A stretch of DNA of 64,000 nt from a bacterium (GTDB lineage Bacteria > Krumholzibacteriota > Krumholzibacteriia > LZORAL124-64-63), in the NCBI GenBank assembly GCA_031441465.1, contig JANOEP010000016.1, positions 96,001-160,000 of the forward strand, written 5' to 3'. A program made the position numbers and the translations under genes. Of the stretch, positions 18,213-31,766 are shown one piece after another. Within the stretch, counting starts at the first letter, position 1. Every line of letters begins with the position of its first letter. The notes under the pieces are model-generated. The model ran no database searches and was not told the origin of the DNA. It saw only the letters and a program-made list of their open reading frames with translations.

Positions 18213-19717
18213 CGTGCCCGCTTCTTCTCGCCGATCAGGAGCGTCGTCTGGTTGGGACAGTCGCAGACCGTGTATTCGGCGGCGGGAATGGTGTAGACGC
18301 GCCGCTCCTCGAAGCCCGCCATCAGGTTGGTCGACGACCAGGTCGCGGGGAAGACGGCGATCCAGTCCATCTGCTGGTAGAGATCGTTCAGCTTGGTGCG
18401 GCCGAAGGCGCGGCCGTGCAGGTTCAGCCCGATCAGGTCCAGGACGCGGCGGTCGGAGAAATAGCGCAGCGCGCCGGCGTCGTTCACGCCGACGACCGCG
18501 TCGGCGGGCGTGGCGCTGCGCAACCACAGCGCGGGCTGGATGTTCATGCGCGCGATCGCGGCGCCGTCGGATTCCAGGCGGGAGCGGCGCTCGCCCCAGG
18601 CCCCGAGGCAGCCGGCAAGCGCGCTGAACAGCAGCACGCCGCCCAGGACGCGGCCCATCGTGCGCCGTCGGTCGGGCAACAGACCGGGCGCCCGCGCGAT
18701 CGCGATGCCGAAGCCCGCGCCCGCGGCGGCGGTCAGGGCCAGGGCCGGCGGGTCGGCCCAGCGCGTCCAGTAGTAGCCGGACAGACCGATCTGGCGTCCC
18801 GCGACCACGGCCAGCAGGTACACGATCGGCGCCAGCAACAGTGAGAGGCCCACGATGCCGGCCGTGCGCCCGCGGCGTCGCGCGAGCGACAGGGCCAGGG
18901 TTGCGGCCCCGAGCAGCAGGACCGACGCGGTGATCGGGCCGTTCTGCGCGAGCAGGTTCCACGCCAGACGCAGGCGGTCCAACCCCAGCCCGAATCCGGC
19001 GGACTTCACGTAGAAGGTGGCCGGCAGGGGGCGTCCCGTCGCGGACAAGCAGAACAGCACCCACAACACGGCCGGCAGCAGCGCCGCGCCGGCATCGCGC
19101 GCGAGCCGCCGCCGCCCGCCGCGATCCGACCATCCCGGCACCAGCACCGGCAGCGCGACCAGCGGCGCTACGAGCGCCATCTCGGGCCGCGCCGTCACGC
19201 CCAGCCCCAACAGCAGCAGCCCCGCCGTGCGGCGGCCGGCGACAAGCGCCGCCGTCCCGCCCAGCCACAGCGCGAGCGTCAGCGGGGTCTCCATCCCCGA
19301 CAGGGCGGCGAAGGCCAGTCGCGGGTCCGCCGCCAGCACGCAGGCCGCGACGATCCCCGCAGTGCGCGATCCGGCCGTCTTTTCCGTCAGCGAGACCAGC
19401 GCGAACAGAGCGGCGAGCGCCGCCAGCAGTCCGATCACCTTGACGGCCAGCACGACGGCGTCGTCGCCGGCGAACTGCAGCGCATGGGCCGGCGCGCTGA
19501 CGATCGCCCACAAGGGGCTCGTGGCGCCGGTCTCCTGCTGTCCGGGGTTGTAGGCGAAGCCCTGCAGGTGCGCGAAGGAGCGGGCATAGACGCGGTGGAT
19601 CCAGGCATCGTCCAGCGGGAAGCCGGTGCGCGCGTGCGGGCCGCCGCCCAGCAGCCAGGCGGCGCCGGCCAGCAGGACGAGGGCGGGCAGCAGATCGAGC
19701 GGGCGCGGCCTGGGCAT
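18209..19717 (-). CDS. Integral membrane protein, GT-C-like glycosyltransferase
   Basis: LDDAWIH..YA, G.TSPLW, SGMET, RPE, DAGALRYF..DLIGL; many TM helices. Confidence 0.65.
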   Translation of the reverse strand: MPRPRPLDLLPALVLLAGAAWLLGGGPHARTGFPLDDAWIHRVYARSFAHLQGFAYNPGQQETGATSPLWAIVSAPAHALQFAGDDAVVLAVKVIGLLAALAALFALVSLTEKTAGSRTAGIVAACVLAADPRLAFAALSGMETPLTLALWLGGTAALVAGRRTAGLLLLGLGVTARPEMALVAPLVALPVLVPGWSDRGGRRRLARDAGAALLPAVLWVLFCLSATGRPLPATFYVKSAGFGLGLDRLRLAWNLLAQNGPITASVLLLGAATLALSLARRRGRTAGIVGLSLLLAPIVYLLAVVAGRQIGLSGYYWTRWADPPALALTAAAGAGFGIAIARAPGLLPDRRRTMGRVLGGVLLFSALAGCLGAWGERRSRLESDGAAIARMNIQPALWLRSATPADAVVGVNDAGALRYFSDRRVLDLIGLNLHGRAFGRTKLNDLYQQMDWIAVFPATWSSTNLMAGFEERRVYTIPAAEYTVCDCPNQTTLLIGEKKRAR

Positions 19718-19851
19718 GGGGAATCCTTTCGTCGGCGGACTCCCGGAACCATAGAAGAACCAGTGATCCGCGTCCAGGCGCCTATTGCAACGACCGCCGG
19801 CCGGCGCGACAATGTCTCCGGAGGACGAATCCTCTCTCCGGGGACGGTATC

Positions 19852-20811
19852 GTGAGACCAGCCAGCAAGCCGTTCGTACTCGTTCTCCTGATCGCGGCGT
19901 TGACCGTGCCGATGCGAGCCGCCGGTCAACCTGCAGGGGACGCCGTTCCCACGACCGTGATGTCCTTCAACATCCGCTACGGGACCGCGGACGACGGCCC
20001 GAACGCCTGGGAGCACCGTCGCTACCTCGTACGCCTGGCGATCCGCGAGCGGCAGCCGGCGATCCTCGCGGTCCAGGAGTGCCTCTGGGACCAGGGCCTC
20101 GAACTGGAACGCGCCTTCTCCGAGTACCGGATCACGGGCGTCGGGCGCGACGACGGCAAGCGCGCCGGAGAGATGTGCCTGATCTTCACGTGCCGCGACC
20201 GCTACCGCCTGCTGGACCAGGGCAACTTCTGGCTGAGCGAGACGCCGCAGACGCCGGGCAGCCGGGGCTGGGACGCCGCCTGCCCGCGCCTCGTGACCTG
20301 GGTGAAGCTCTACGACCGCGCCTGCGATCCCGACACGCTCTACGTGTTCAACACCCACCTCGACCACCAGGGTGAACGGGCCCGCGAACAGGGCGCCCTG
20401 CTGCTGCGGCGGCGGATGGGCGAGATCGCCCGCCACCACGCCGCGCTGCTGCTGGGCGACTTCAACGCGCCGGCCGATCCCGGCAGCCCGCCCTACCGGA
20501 TCCTGGCGCAGGAAGGCTGGCGCGACGGCATCGCCCTGCGCGACTCTTGGCACGCCGCGACACCGGCGGCGCGCGCTCAGCCGGACGGCACCTTCCACGG
20601 CTTCACCGGCACGCCCAGCCGGGGGCGCATCGACTGGATCCTGGCCGGGGCCGCGCTGCCGCCCGCCGGCGCCGGGATCGCGCGCTTCAGCCAGGACGGG
20701 CGCTGGCCCTCGGACCACTTCCCGGTCTGGGCCGTCTTCCGCCAAACGCGCCACCCGCCCCGCCCCGGCGATGTGGTCGACGGCGCGACGGGCGCTTCCC
20801 CCCGCTACTGA
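19852..20811 (+). CDS. Secreted endonuclease/exonuclease/phosphatase family protein
   Basis: Signal peptide; SFNIRY, VQE, NTHLD, GDFN, IDWI, SDHFPV. Confidence 0.9.
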   Translation: MRPASKPFVLVLLIAALTVPMRAAGQPAGDAVPTTVMSFNIRYGTADDGPNAWEHRRYLVRLAIRERQPAILAVQECLWDQGLELERAFSEYRITGVGRDDGKRAGEMCLIFTCRDRYRLLDQGNFWLSETPQTPGSRGWDAACPRLVTWVKLYDRACDPDTLYVFNTHLDHQGERAREQGALLLRRRMGEIARHHAALLLGDFNAPADPGSPPYRILAQEGWRDGIALRDSWHAATPAARAQPDGTFHGFTGTPSRGRIDWILAGAALPPAGAGIARFSQDGRWPSDHFPVWAVFRQTRHPPRPGDVVDGATGASPRY

Positions 20812-21074
20812 ACGGCGGATATTCCCGAACGAAGCGAGTCGGGGGAGTCCGGTATCGTCGCCGGCGCCCGGCGTCCAGACCGCCCGCCGGTTCCCGGACG
20901 TGCCGCCGCGCGACGATACCGTGGGGCTGGACCCGGGCGGCGGTTCCCGGTACGATGTCGGCCGCTGTGATGCGGGTCGGCGCGAGGCCGAGTCCGCCCG
21001 GCACGCCGGCCGGCCATGGAAGTCATGGCTGCGTGGGCGGCAGCCGGCGGCAGCACGAACAAGGGAGTGGCTGG

Positions 21075-23468
<2,394 letters not shown>

Positions 23469-23541
23469 CGCGGAGGCGGGGCGGCGAGCCCATCGGCGGC
23501 ATCGCTGGACTATTTGCGGTTTGGGCCGGTCCGAGCCGCCG

Positions 23542-23567
23542 ATTCACCGAAAATTCACAATATTCAA
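23542..23567 (+). promoter_or_regulatory. Putative Pho-box-like direct repeats upstream of pstS
   Basis: ATTCAC at 23542 and 23553 (11-bp period) plus ATTCAA at 23562, in an AT-rich patch ~90 nt before pstS. Confidence 0.55.
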
Positions 23568-23653
23568 ACTCCGCCCACATGATCCGGAGCGATGCTGTGG
23601 GCACCGCTCCCGGTATCCTTTCCGCCGGGGCACAACCGCGATGGAGGCCGAAG

Positions 23654-24700
23654 TTGAACAAGCTCCTTGCCTGGATCCTGATGTGCCTGGCGGTCGCGAT
23701 GGCCGCCGGTTCCGCGACCGTCGCCGCCGCCGCCGACCTCACGGGCGCGGGCGCCACGTTCCCCTACCCGCTTTATGGCCAGTGGGCCGACACCTACAAG
23801 AAGCTGACCGGCGTGGGCCTGAACTACCAGTCGATCGGCTCGGGCGGCGGCATCGCGCAGATCAAGGCGAAGACCGTGGACTTCGGGGCTTCGGACGCGC
23901 CGCTGACCAAGGCGGACCTCGACGCGGCCGGCCTGCTGCAGTTCCCGATGATCGTCGGCGGCGTGGTGCCGGTCGTGCACATCGAGGGCGTCGACGCCGG
24001 CGCGTTGAAACTGTCGGCGGCGCTGCTGGCCGACATCTACCTCGGCGCGGTGACGAAGTGGAACGACCCCGCCGTGGCCGCCCTGAACCCCGGCCTGGCC
24101 CTGCCCGCGCGCGACATCACCGTGGTCCACCGCGCCGACGGCTCGGGCACGACCTGGATCTTCACGAACTACCTCGACAAGGTGTCGCCCGCGTGGCACG
24201 ACAAGGTCGGCTGCGGCAAGGAAGTCGCCTGGCCCGCCGGCGTCGGCGGCAAGGGCAACGAGGGCGTCGCCGCCTACGTCCAGCGCATCAACGGCGCCGT
24301 CGGGTACGTCGAGTACGCCTACGCGCTGCAGAACAAGCTGGCGCACATCCTGCTCGAGAACCGCGCCGGCAAGTTCGTGGCGCCCACGCAGGCGTCCTTC
24401 CAGTCCGCCGCCGCCGGCGCCGACTGGAAAACGGCGCCCGGCCTCTACCTGGTGCTCACCGACCAGCCCGGCGACGGCAGCTGGCCGATCACGGGCGCCT
24501 CGTTCGTGCTCATCCACCGCGAACAGCAGGACGCCGCCCGCGCGAAGTCGATGCTCGACTTCTTCGCCTGGTGCTTCGCCAGCGGCGACGAGGCCGCCAG
24601 CAAGCTCGACTACGTGCCCATGCCCGACGACGTGGTCGCCCTGGTCGAATCGCTGTGGGGCACCACGGTGAAGTCCGCCGGCGTCCCTGTCTGGAAGTGA
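23654..24700 (+). CDS. pstS: Phosphate ABC transporter substrate-binding protein
   Basis: GAGATFPYP, YQSIGSGGGI, DFGASD, RADGSGTT, GKGNEGV; TTG start after GGAGG. Confidence 0.95.
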   Translation: MNKLLAWILMCLAVAMAAGSATVAAAADLTGAGATFPYPLYGQWADTYKKLTGVGLNYQSIGSGGGIAQIKAKTVDFGASDAPLTKADLDAAGLLQFPMIVGGVVPVVHIEGVDAGALKLSAALLADIYLGAVTKWNDPAVAALNPGLALPARDITVVHRADGSGTTWIFTNYLDKVSPAWHDKVGCGKEVAWPAGVGGKGNEGVAAYVQRINGAVGYVEYAYALQNKLAHILLENRAGKFVAPTQASFQSAAAGADWKTAPGLYLVLTDQPGDGSWPITGASFVLIHREQQDAARAKSMLDFFAWCFASGDEAASKLDYVPMPDDVVALVESLWGTTVKSAGVPVWK

Positions 24701-24734
24701 TCTGTCTGGAAGTGACTCGACCGCGGGAGTGCCC

Positions 24735-25700
24735 ATGATGCCGAACCGCGGCGCGACCGCGCCGGAGCCGGCCCGCCGTCGTCCGCGACCGTGGGGGGAT
24801 CCCCTGTTCCGCAGTCTCGCCGCGGCGGCTGCCGGGATCTTTCTGGTGCTGACCGCGGCGATCTGCCTGGAGTTGGTGCGCGGATCGGCGCTCTCGCTGG
24901 CGAAGTTCGGCCCCGGGTTCCTGTGGAGCGCGTCCTGGAATCCGGTGACCCAGGACTTCGGCGCGCTCTCCTCGATCGCCGGCACGCTGGTCTCCACGCT
25001 TATCGCGATGCTGCTGGCCGTGCCGCTGTCGCTCATCATCGCGCTGTTCCTGGTCGAGCTGGCCCCGCCGGCGATCTCGAAGCCGGTGGGCGCGGCCATC
25101 GAGCTGCTGGCGGCCGTGCCCAGCATCATCTACGGCATGTGGGGCCTCTTCGTGTTCGCGCCGTTCATGTCCGACCACATCCAGCCCTTCCTGTCGTCCC
25201 GCTTCGGCTGGCTGCCCCTGTTCAAGGGCCCGCCCATGGGCATCGGCCTGCTCACGGCGGGCATCATCCTGGCCCTGATGATCCTGCCTTTCATCACCTC
25301 GGTGATGCGCGACGTCCTGCGGATGGTCCCGCCCGTGGTGAAAGAGGCGGGCTACGGCATGGGCAGCACCGTCTGGGAAGTGGCCCGCAAGGTCACCGTG
25401 CGCTACGGCGTGCGCGGCATGGCCGGCGCCTGCCTGCTGGGCCTCGGCCGCGCGGTGGGCGAGACGATGGCCGTGACCTTCGTCATCGGCAACGACCACC
25501 GCGTGAGCGCGTCGCTCTTCGCCGCCGGCAACTCCATCGCCTCGGCCCTGGCCAACGAGTTCGCCGAGGCGTCCGAACCCCTGTACCTCTCGGCGCTGGT
25601 CGAACTGGGCCTGGTGCTCTTCCTGATGACCTTCGCCATCCAGGGCCTGACCCACGCCTGGATCCGGCGCCTGGAGCGCAGCGCGGGGAGGGGGCTCTGA
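24735..25700 (+). CDS. pstC: Phosphate ABC transporter permease
   Basis: ELLAAVPSIIYG, LGRAVGETMAV, LANEFAEA. Confidence 0.95.
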   Translation: MMPNRGATAPEPARRRPRPWGDPLFRSLAAAAAGIFLVLTAAICLELVRGSALSLAKFGPGFLWSASWNPVTQDFGALSSIAGTLVSTLIAMLLAVPLSLIIALFLVELAPPAISKPVGAAIELLAAVPSIIYGMWGLFVFAPFMSDHIQPFLSSRFGWLPLFKGPPMGIGLLTAGIILALMILPFITSVMRDVLRMVPPVVKEAGYGMGSTVWEVARKVTVRYGVRGMAGACLLGLGRAVGETMAVTFVIGNDHRVSASLFAAGNSIASALANEFAEASEPLYLSALVELGLVLFLMTFAIQGLTHAWIRRLERSAGRGL

Positions 25701-26542
25701 TGGAGCGCCGCGACGCCCGTGGCCGCAAGGCCGTCGACTTCGCGGTGCGCACGGCCGCGAGCCTCGCCGCGCTGCTCGGCATCGGCGCGCTGATCTGGAT
25801 CCTCACCGAGGTTGTCCGTCGCGGCGCGCCCGCGCTCAATCCCGCCTTCTTCACTGCCCTGCCCGGCCCGCCCGGCGTCGCCGGGGGTGGCCTGGCCAAC
25901 GCCATCCTGGGCACGATGGCGCTCACGGTCGCGGCGACCGCGGTCGGTGTGCCCCTGGGCATGCTCGCCGGCGTCTACCTGTCGGAGTTCGGGCGCGACA
26001 CGCGCCTGGGCGCGGCGGTGCGCTTCTGCGTGAACGTGTTGATGGGCCTGCCCTCGATCCTGGTGGGCCTGTTCGTTTGGACCGTGCTGGTGGTGCCTTT
26101 CCGCAGCTTCTCCGGCTACGCCGGCGCCACGGCGCTGGCGCTGATCATGCTGCCGGTGGTCGCCCGCACCACTGAGGACATGCTGTCGCTGGTGCCGCAC
26201 GCCCTGCGCGAGGGGGCGCTGGCCCTGGGCACGCCGCGCTGGCGCACCACCCTGATCGCCTTCAAGGCGGCCCGCGGTGGTCTGATCACCGGCGTGCTGC
26301 TGGCCGTGGCCCGCGTCAGCGGCGAGACCGCGCCGCTGCTGTTCACGGCCCTGAACAGCCCCTTCTGGCCCCGGTCGATGTCCGAGCCCGTCGCCAACCT
26401 GACGGTCACCGTCTTCCAGTACGCCATGTCGCCCTACGCCGACTGGCAGGCCAAGGCCTGGGGCGCCTCGCTGCTGATCATGGCCGCCGTGCTGACCACC
26501 TCGCTGCTGGCGCGCACCTTCGCCAGGGAGAGAACGCGATGA
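25700..26542 (+). CDS. pstA: Phosphate ABC transporter permease
   Basis: [36 protein letters not shown] coupling. Confidence 0.95.
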   Translation: MERRDARGRKAVDFAVRTAASLAALLGIGALIWILTEVVRRGAPALNPAFFTALPGPPGVAGGGLANAILGTMALTVAATAVGVPLGMLAGVYLSEFGRDTRLGAAVRFCVNVLMGLPSILVGLFVWTVLVVPFRSFSGYAGATALALIMLPVVARTTEDMLSLVPHALREGALALGTPRWRTTLIAFKAARGGLITGVLLAVARVSGETAPLLFTALNSPFWPRSMSEPVANLTVTVFQYAMSPYADWQAKAWGASLLIMAAVLTTSLLARTFARERTR

Positions 26543-27390
26543 ACGCCACGTCCCCAGAGTCCCCGCTTTCGGCGCTGCCGTTCGCCGCGCCCCGTCCCCG
26601 CGCCGTCGACCGACCCGGCGACCCCGAGGGATCCGTGCCGCCGAAGATCTCGGTCCGCGGCTTGAACTTCTACTACGGCAAACAGCAGGCCCTCTTCGGC
26701 AACGACCTCGACGTCGCGACCAACCGCGTGACCGCGGTCATCGGCCCCTCCGGCTGCGGCAAGTCGACGCACCTGCGCGTCTACAACCGCATCTACCAGC
26801 TCTACCGCGACCAGCGCGCCGAGGGGAGCGTCGTGCTCGACGGCGAGGACCTGCTGTCGCCGACCACCGACCTCATCGAACTGCGGCGCAAGGTCGGCAT
26901 GATCTTCCAGAAGCCGACGCCCTTCCCCATGAGCGTCTACGAAAATGTGGCCTACGGCCTGAAGCTGCACTACAGTCTGTCGAAGAGCGGGCTGGCCGAG
27001 GCCGTCGAGAAGGCCCTGCGCGGCGCCGCGCTCTGGGACGAGGTCAAGGATGCGCTCGATCGCCCGGGCACGGCACTCTCCGGCGGCCAGCAGCAGCGGC
27101 TCTGCATCGCACGCGCGATCGCGGTGCGCCCCGAGGTGCTGCTCATGGACGAACCCACTTCGGCCATCGACCCGGTCGCCACGGCCAAGATCGAGGACCT
27201 GATCGAGGAGCTGAAACGGGAGTTCACGATCGTCATCGTGACGCACAACATGCAGCAGGCGGCGCGCGTCTCGGACTACACGGCCTTCTTCTTCGAGGGC
27301 CGCATCGTCGAGTTCGGGGCCACGCAGCAGATCTTCACGAAGCCGGTGCACCGCCAGACCGAGGATTACATCACGGGCCGGTTCGGGTAG
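26539..27390 (+). CDS. pstB: Phosphate ABC transporter ATPase
   Basis: [52 protein letters not shown]. Confidence 0.97.
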   Translation: MNATSPESPLSALPFAAPRPRAVDRPGDPEGSVPPKISVRGLNFYYGKQQALFGNDLDVATNRVTAVIGPSGCGKSTHLRVYNRIYQLYRDQRAEGSVVLDGEDLLSPTTDLIELRRKVGMIFQKPTPFPMSVYENVAYGLKLHYSLSKSGLAEAVEKALRGAALWDEVKDALDRPGTALSGGQQQRLCIARAIAVRPEVLLMDEPTSAIDPVATAKIEDLIEELKREFTIVIVTHNMQQAARVSDYTAFFFEGRIVEFGATQQIFTKPVHRQTEDYITGRFG

Positions 27391-27406
27391 CCCGGGGGAG
27401 TGGAGC

Positions 27407-28114
27407 ATGTCCGTTCATCTCAGACGCGCGATCGAGCAGCTCAAGGAACAGGTGCTGGCCCTCAGCGCGACGGTCGAAGAAGCCGTCTGGCTGGCGGTGC
27501 GCGCCGTGCAGGAGCACGACCCGGCCCTGGCCCGCAGCGTGCTGGCGGGCGACCGCGCCATCGACGAGTGCGAGGTGCGGGTCGAGGAGGAGTGCCTGAA
27601 GATCCTGGCGCTGCACCAGCCGGTGGCCAGCGACCTGCGCTTCCTGGTGACGGTCCTGAAGATCACCAACGACCTCGAGCGCATCGGCGACCTCGCCGTG
27701 AACATCGCGGAACGCGCCATCTACCTGGCGTCCCGCGAGGAAGCGCCGACCACCTTCGACTTCGTGGGCATGGCGACCCGGACGCAGGAGATGCTGCACA
27801 CCGCGCTGGACGCCCTGGTCAACGTCGACCCGGTGCGTGCACGGGACGTCTGCGCCATGGACGACGAGGTCGACGCCATCAACCGCGGGATGTACGGGCA
27901 GGTGCAGGCGGGGATCCGCGAGCGCCCCGCGCAGGCGGACTTCTACCTCCAGCAGCTATCCATCTCCCGACAGCTCGAGCGCATCGCCGACCACGCGACG
28001 AACATCGCCGAGGACGTCATCTACATGTCCGAGGGGAGGGTCGTGCGGCACCACGTCGAGGAATTCCGCGTGCCGGAAAGGGGCGCGGCTCCGGAGCCGC
28101 CCGCCGCCGATTGA
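27407..28114 (+). CDS. phoU: Phosphate signalling complex protein PhoU
   Basis: QPVASDLR, DLERIGD, LERIADHATNIAE. Confidence 0.95.
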   Translation: MSVHLRRAIEQLKEQVLALSATVEEAVWLAVRAVQEHDPALARSVLAGDRAIDECEVRVEEECLKILALHQPVASDLRFLVTVLKITNDLERIGDLAVNIAERAIYLASREEAPTTFDFVGMATRTQEMLHTALDALVNVDPVRARDVCAMDDEVDAINRGMYGQVQAGIRERPAQADFYLQQLSISRQLERIADHATNIAEDVIYMSEGRVVRHHVEEFRVPERGAAPEPPAAD

Positions 28115-28271
28115 GCGCGGCCGGGCACCCCGCCCGCGAGCCCCCGGACCCCCGCCCTGTACGAACCCGGACGGATGTGCTAGCTTCCCGCCCGCGCGCA
28201 CCCGCACCGGCGCCTGCTGGTTGGCGCGCAACCGGTCGGCGTCCGGAATCGGCGCGGCATTCCCGGCGGTG

Positions 28272-30011
28272 ATGATGACCCACAAGACAACCGTGCTGGT
28301 GTTGCTCGCAACGCTGGCTTCCGCGCCGGCGCTCGGCGCCGAAGACGCGTCGCGGGGCGGGCGCGTCGGCGACCGGCTGCGGCAGCGGCTCGAGGCGGTC
28401 CCGGCGGGGTCGGTCGTGACGGCGCTCGGCGAGCCCCTGCACCGCGGCGATCTCGTTCTGCGCTTCTACCAGGGCCGCGACTACGCTCCAGCCTGGACCG
28501 GCGACCGCGGCCCCCTGGCCGTGGCCGATTCGCTGGGCGCGGCGCTCGCCGGCCTCGACGCCGACGGCCTGCAGCTCCGCGACTACCATCCCGACGCGCT
28601 CGCCCAGGGCCTCGCCCGCCTGCACGACCGACGGTGGTGGCGAACCAGCCCCGATCCGGGAGATCTCGCCGAACTCGATCTGCTGGCGACCGACGCCTAC
28701 CTGCTCGCCGCGACCCAATGCCTGGGCGGCCGCTTGGACCCGCGAGCCTTCGACCCCGACTGGATCGCCGAGCGCCGCTCCGCCGACGTGGTCGCGGTGC
28801 TGTCGGGAGCCCTGGCCGCCGACGAGATCGGCGGCTCGCTACACCGGTTGCTGCCCGCGCAGCCCGAGTACGCCCGGCTGCGGCGCGCGTTCGCGCAGCA
28901 CCGTGCCCTCGCCACGGTGGGCGCCTGGCCGGTCGTGCCGGCCGGCGACAAGCTCGAGCCCGGCGATCTCGACTCCCGCGTGCCCTTGCTGCGGGCGCGC
29001 CTCGCGGCCGCGGGCGACCTCGCCCCGGGCAGCGCCCTGAGTCCCGACCCCGAGTACTACGACGAGGACCTCGCCGCCGCGGTCCGCCGGTTCCAGACCC
29101 GATTCGGTCTCGATCAGGACGGGGTGATCGGCCAGGCCACGCAGGCCGAACTCGGCGCTTCGGTCGAGGACCGCATCCGGCAGATCCGGGTGAATCTCGA
29201 GCGCTGGCGCTGGTTGCCGGCGGATCTCGGCCACCGTCGCGTCGAGGTCAACATCCCCGATTATCGGCTCCAGGTGCTCCACGGAGACAGCGTGGTGCTC
29301 GCCATGCCCGTCATCGTCGGCCTCCCGACGCGGCGCACGCCGGTCTTCAGCGCGAAGCTGAACTCGCTGGTGTTCAGTCCCGACTGGGAGGTCCCGCCCA
29401 AGCTCGCGATCGAGGACAAGCTCCCGCTGATCCAGCAGGATCCCGGCTACCTCCAGGAATTCGGCTTCGAGGTGATCGCGGGCTGGGGGGAGAAGGCGAC
29501 GGTGGTCGACCCCGCCGGTGTGGAGTGGGGCAACGTGCCGGCCGGCAGTTTCCCGTACCGACTGCGCCAGCTGCCGGGCCCGCTCAACGCGCTCGGGCTG
29601 GTGAAGTTCAACTTGCCGAACCGCTTCAACGTGTACCTGCACGACACGGCGAATCGGGGTCTCTTCGCGCGGGCGAAGCGCGCCTTCAGCGCCGGCTGCG
29701 TCCGCATCCAGAAGCCCGAGGAATTCGCGGTCTACCTGCTGACCGGCGACGTTCGTTGGCCGCGCTCGCGCATCGCCGAGGCCATGGCTTCGGGCCGCGA
29801 GCAGGCCGTGCGCCTGCCCGCGCCGATCCCGATCCACCTGCTGTACTGGACGGCGTGGGTCGACCGGCAGGGGTCGATCGTCTTCCGCCCCGACATCTAC
29901 CAGATCGACAACCTGACCGCGGCGGCCCTCGAGGCTCCCTACCAGTGGATCGTGGAGCTGAAGCCGCCCCCGGACAACGCCGTTCCCAAGGACGTGATCG
30001 CCGTCCCGTAG
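28272..30011 (+). CDS. L,D-transpeptidase, YcbB/LdtD-like, with peptidoglycan-binding domain
   Basis: AVRRFQ..GL..DG, NLERWRW, VNIP, RQLPGPLNALG, YLHDT...FSAGCVR catalytic His/Cys. Confidence 0.9.
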   Translation: MMTHKTTVLVLLATLASAPALGAEDASRGGRVGDRLRQRLEAVPAGSVVTALGEPLHRGDLVLRFYQGRDYAPAWTGDRGPLAVADSLGAALAGLDADGLQLRDYHPDALAQGLARLHDRRWWRTSPDPGDLAELDLLATDAYLLAATQCLGGRLDPRAFDPDWIAERRSADVVAVLSGALAADEIGGSLHRLLPAQPEYARLRRAFAQHRALATVGAWPVVPAGDKLEPGDLDSRVPLLRARLAAAGDLAPGSALSPDPEYYDEDLAAAVRRFQTRFGLDQDGVIGQATQAELGASVEDRIRQIRVNLERWRWLPADLGHRRVEVNIPDYRLQVLHGDSVVLAMPVIVGLPTRRTPVFSAKLNSLVFSPDWEVPPKLAIEDKLPLIQQDPGYLQEFGFEVIAGWGEKATVVDPAGVEWGNVPAGSFPYRLRQLPGPLNALGLVKFNLPNRFNVYLHDTANRGLFARAKRAFSAGCVRIQKPEEFAVYLLTGDVRWPRSRIAEAMASGREQAVRLPAPIPIHLLYWTAWVDRQGSIVFRPDIYQIDNLTAAALEAPYQWIVELKPPPDNAVPKDVIAVP

Positions 30012-30012
30012 G

Positions 30013-31383
30013 CTAGGTCTCGCGGCTCCGTCCGTCGCTGCCCAGCAGGACGGCGACCGCCAGCGTCGCCGTGATCAGCGGCGCCGTCCGGTTGCCGAGT
30101 CCCGTCTCGGCCAGACCCACCAGCAACAGCCCGACCAATCCGGCGGCGACCCCCCAGGCCACCGACGTCCGGGACAACCCGGCGTCGCCTGCGACGGCGC
30201 CGACCGCGGGGCGCCGTGCCGTCCGCCAGGCCGCGACCGCGGCGGCGACCAGGGAGGCCAGGGCGAGCAGCGCCGCGGGTAGGCCCAGGCGCCGCGCCAG
30301 CTCCAGGGGGATGCTGGGGGCGAAGGCCTCGGCGCCCTCGCCGGTCAGCGGGTGCGCGGCGATCGCGCCGAACGATTCGCGCCAGGCCGGCACGCGCGTG
30401 GAGAAGAAGTCCCCGGCCAGGGAAGCCCGCAGCTTGTAGGCGAAGGAGTCGCCCGCCAACTCGGGCCGCAGCACGAGCACGATCGCGACGGCGCCCAGCG
30501 CCGCCAGCGCGATCAGCGGTGCGCGCAGACGCCGCCGGTCGCCGGTCAGGGCCGTCGCGATGACGAGGACCGCCGCGGTCGCCGCCAGGCTGCCCATCGC
30601 GCCGCGCGAGGCGGTCAGGGGCAGGCAGGCCGCGGCCGCGAGCCAGGCGAGGGCGCCGGCCAGGCGCCAGCGGCGGCCGGAATCGCCGAGCCAGAGGGCC
30701 AGGCCCAGCGGCGCGAAGAACGCCAGGTGCACGGCCAGGCCCACCGAGCCGCGGTAGAAGGAGCCCGGCTCCTCGTCCGACTTGCCGGCGATCGCCAGCA
30801 GAAACTCCGCGATACCCCCCACCGCCAGCAGGACCACCGCTCCCAACGTGGCGGCCGTCCACCAGACCGGCAGTCCGGGCTGTCGGTCGCCGTCGTCGGT
30901 CAGCAGCAGCGGGATGCACCCGGCCAGCCAAAGCAGGCGGACGCCCCGCAGCCAGGTCGCACTCGCGGGGCCGCCGCCCGGTCCGGCCGCCAGGGCGACG
31001 AAGCCGAACGTGGCTACCAAGCCGACCGCGGCGAAGGCGAGCCACAGCAGGATCGCCGGTGCCGGCCGGACCCAGGGACGCGGCGCGAGCGCGCGGCGCG
31101 CCAGCCACCAGGCCGCCGCGGCGAGCAGCACGACCTCGGTGGCGTAGATCTCGCGACCAGGGGTCAGGAAGAAGAAGTCGAGCAGGGGGCCGACCGGGAT
31201 GATCGCCGCGACCGGCAGGCGCGGCCGCGGCTGTGCGAACCAGGCCAGCGCGCCGACGCCGAGCAGCAGCAGCGGCAGCCTTCCCGACGAGGTTGCGCCC
31301 GCGCCGGCCAGCGCACCGACCAGCAGGGCCAGGCAGAGCAGGGCGCCGAGCGTCGCGGGCGCCACGCGCAGGATGCGGCTCAC
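30013..31383 (-). CDS. O-antigen ligase/Wzy-like membrane protein
   Basis: About 12 TM helices; LTASRGA and R...W...HPLTGEG motifs. Confidence 0.65.
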   Translation of the reverse strand: MSRILRVAPATLGALLCLALLVGALAGAGATSSGRLPLLLLGVGALAWFAQPRPRLPVAAIIPVGPLLDFFFLTPGREIYATEVVLLAAAAWWLARRALAPRPWVRPAPAILLWLAFAAVGLVATFGFVALAAGPGGGPASATWLRGVRLLWLAGCIPLLLTDDGDRQPGLPVWWTAATLGAVVLLAVGGIAEFLLAIAGKSDEEPGSFYRGSVGLAVHLAFFAPLGLALWLGDSGRRWRLAGALAWLAAAACLPLTASRGAMGSLAATAAVLVIATALTGDRRRLRAPLIALAALGAVAIVLVLRPELAGDSFAYKLRASLAGDFFSTRVPAWRESFGAIAAHPLTGEGAEAFAPSIPLELARRLGLPAALLALASLVAAAVAAWRTARRPAVGAVAGDAGLSRTSVAWGVAAGLVGLLLVGLAETGLGNRTAPLITATLAVAVLLGSDGRSRET

Positions 31384-31766
31384 GGCGTCACCTCCCGGTC
31401 CCGGTCCTGATCCCCGTCACGCGGCGGCGATCCTCGGCGGCGCGGTGGGAAGCGCCGGGCCAGGTAGCAGCCCAGGGCCAGGCCCACGAGACCGGCGGTG
31501 ACGTCCAGGGCCAGGTCGACGCCGGGCGGCCGGATGTACTCGACGCGCGTCTTGGCGAAGACGTCGAACAGCTCCTTGCCCGCGATCAGGGCGACGGCCA
31601 GCAGCACGACCCGCCGCAGCGGCAGCACGCGCGAGGCGCCCCAGGCGATCGCGGCCGCGAAGACCAGGTGGAAGAACCAGTCCACCGGCACGCCCAGCAC
31701 GCGCATCTTGCTGAAGAATTCCAGTCCGCCGCGGATCTCCCGCAGTACATCCAGGACCTGCTCCAT
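31380..31766 (-). CDS. Small membrane protein (VanZ/YfiM-like motif)
   Basis: DWFFH...GKELFD...DVTAG pattern; GGGAGG upstream; GTGA coupling to the next gene. Confidence 0.55.
   Translation of the reverse strand: MEQVLDVLREIRGGLEFFSKMRVLGVPVDWFFHLVFAAAIAWGASRVLPLRRVVLLAVALIAGKELFDVFAKTRVEYIRPPGVDLALDVTAGLVGLALGCYLARRFPPRRRGSPPRDGDQDRDREVTP

Noticed and set aside
14022..19511. Very long ORFs in the track (1829 aa here; also 40308-45101, 53116-56739, 31417-34695, 14858-18844)
   Set aside because: Arg/Gly/Ala-rich shadow frames of real genes, expected in very GC-rich DNA; no recognisable motifs
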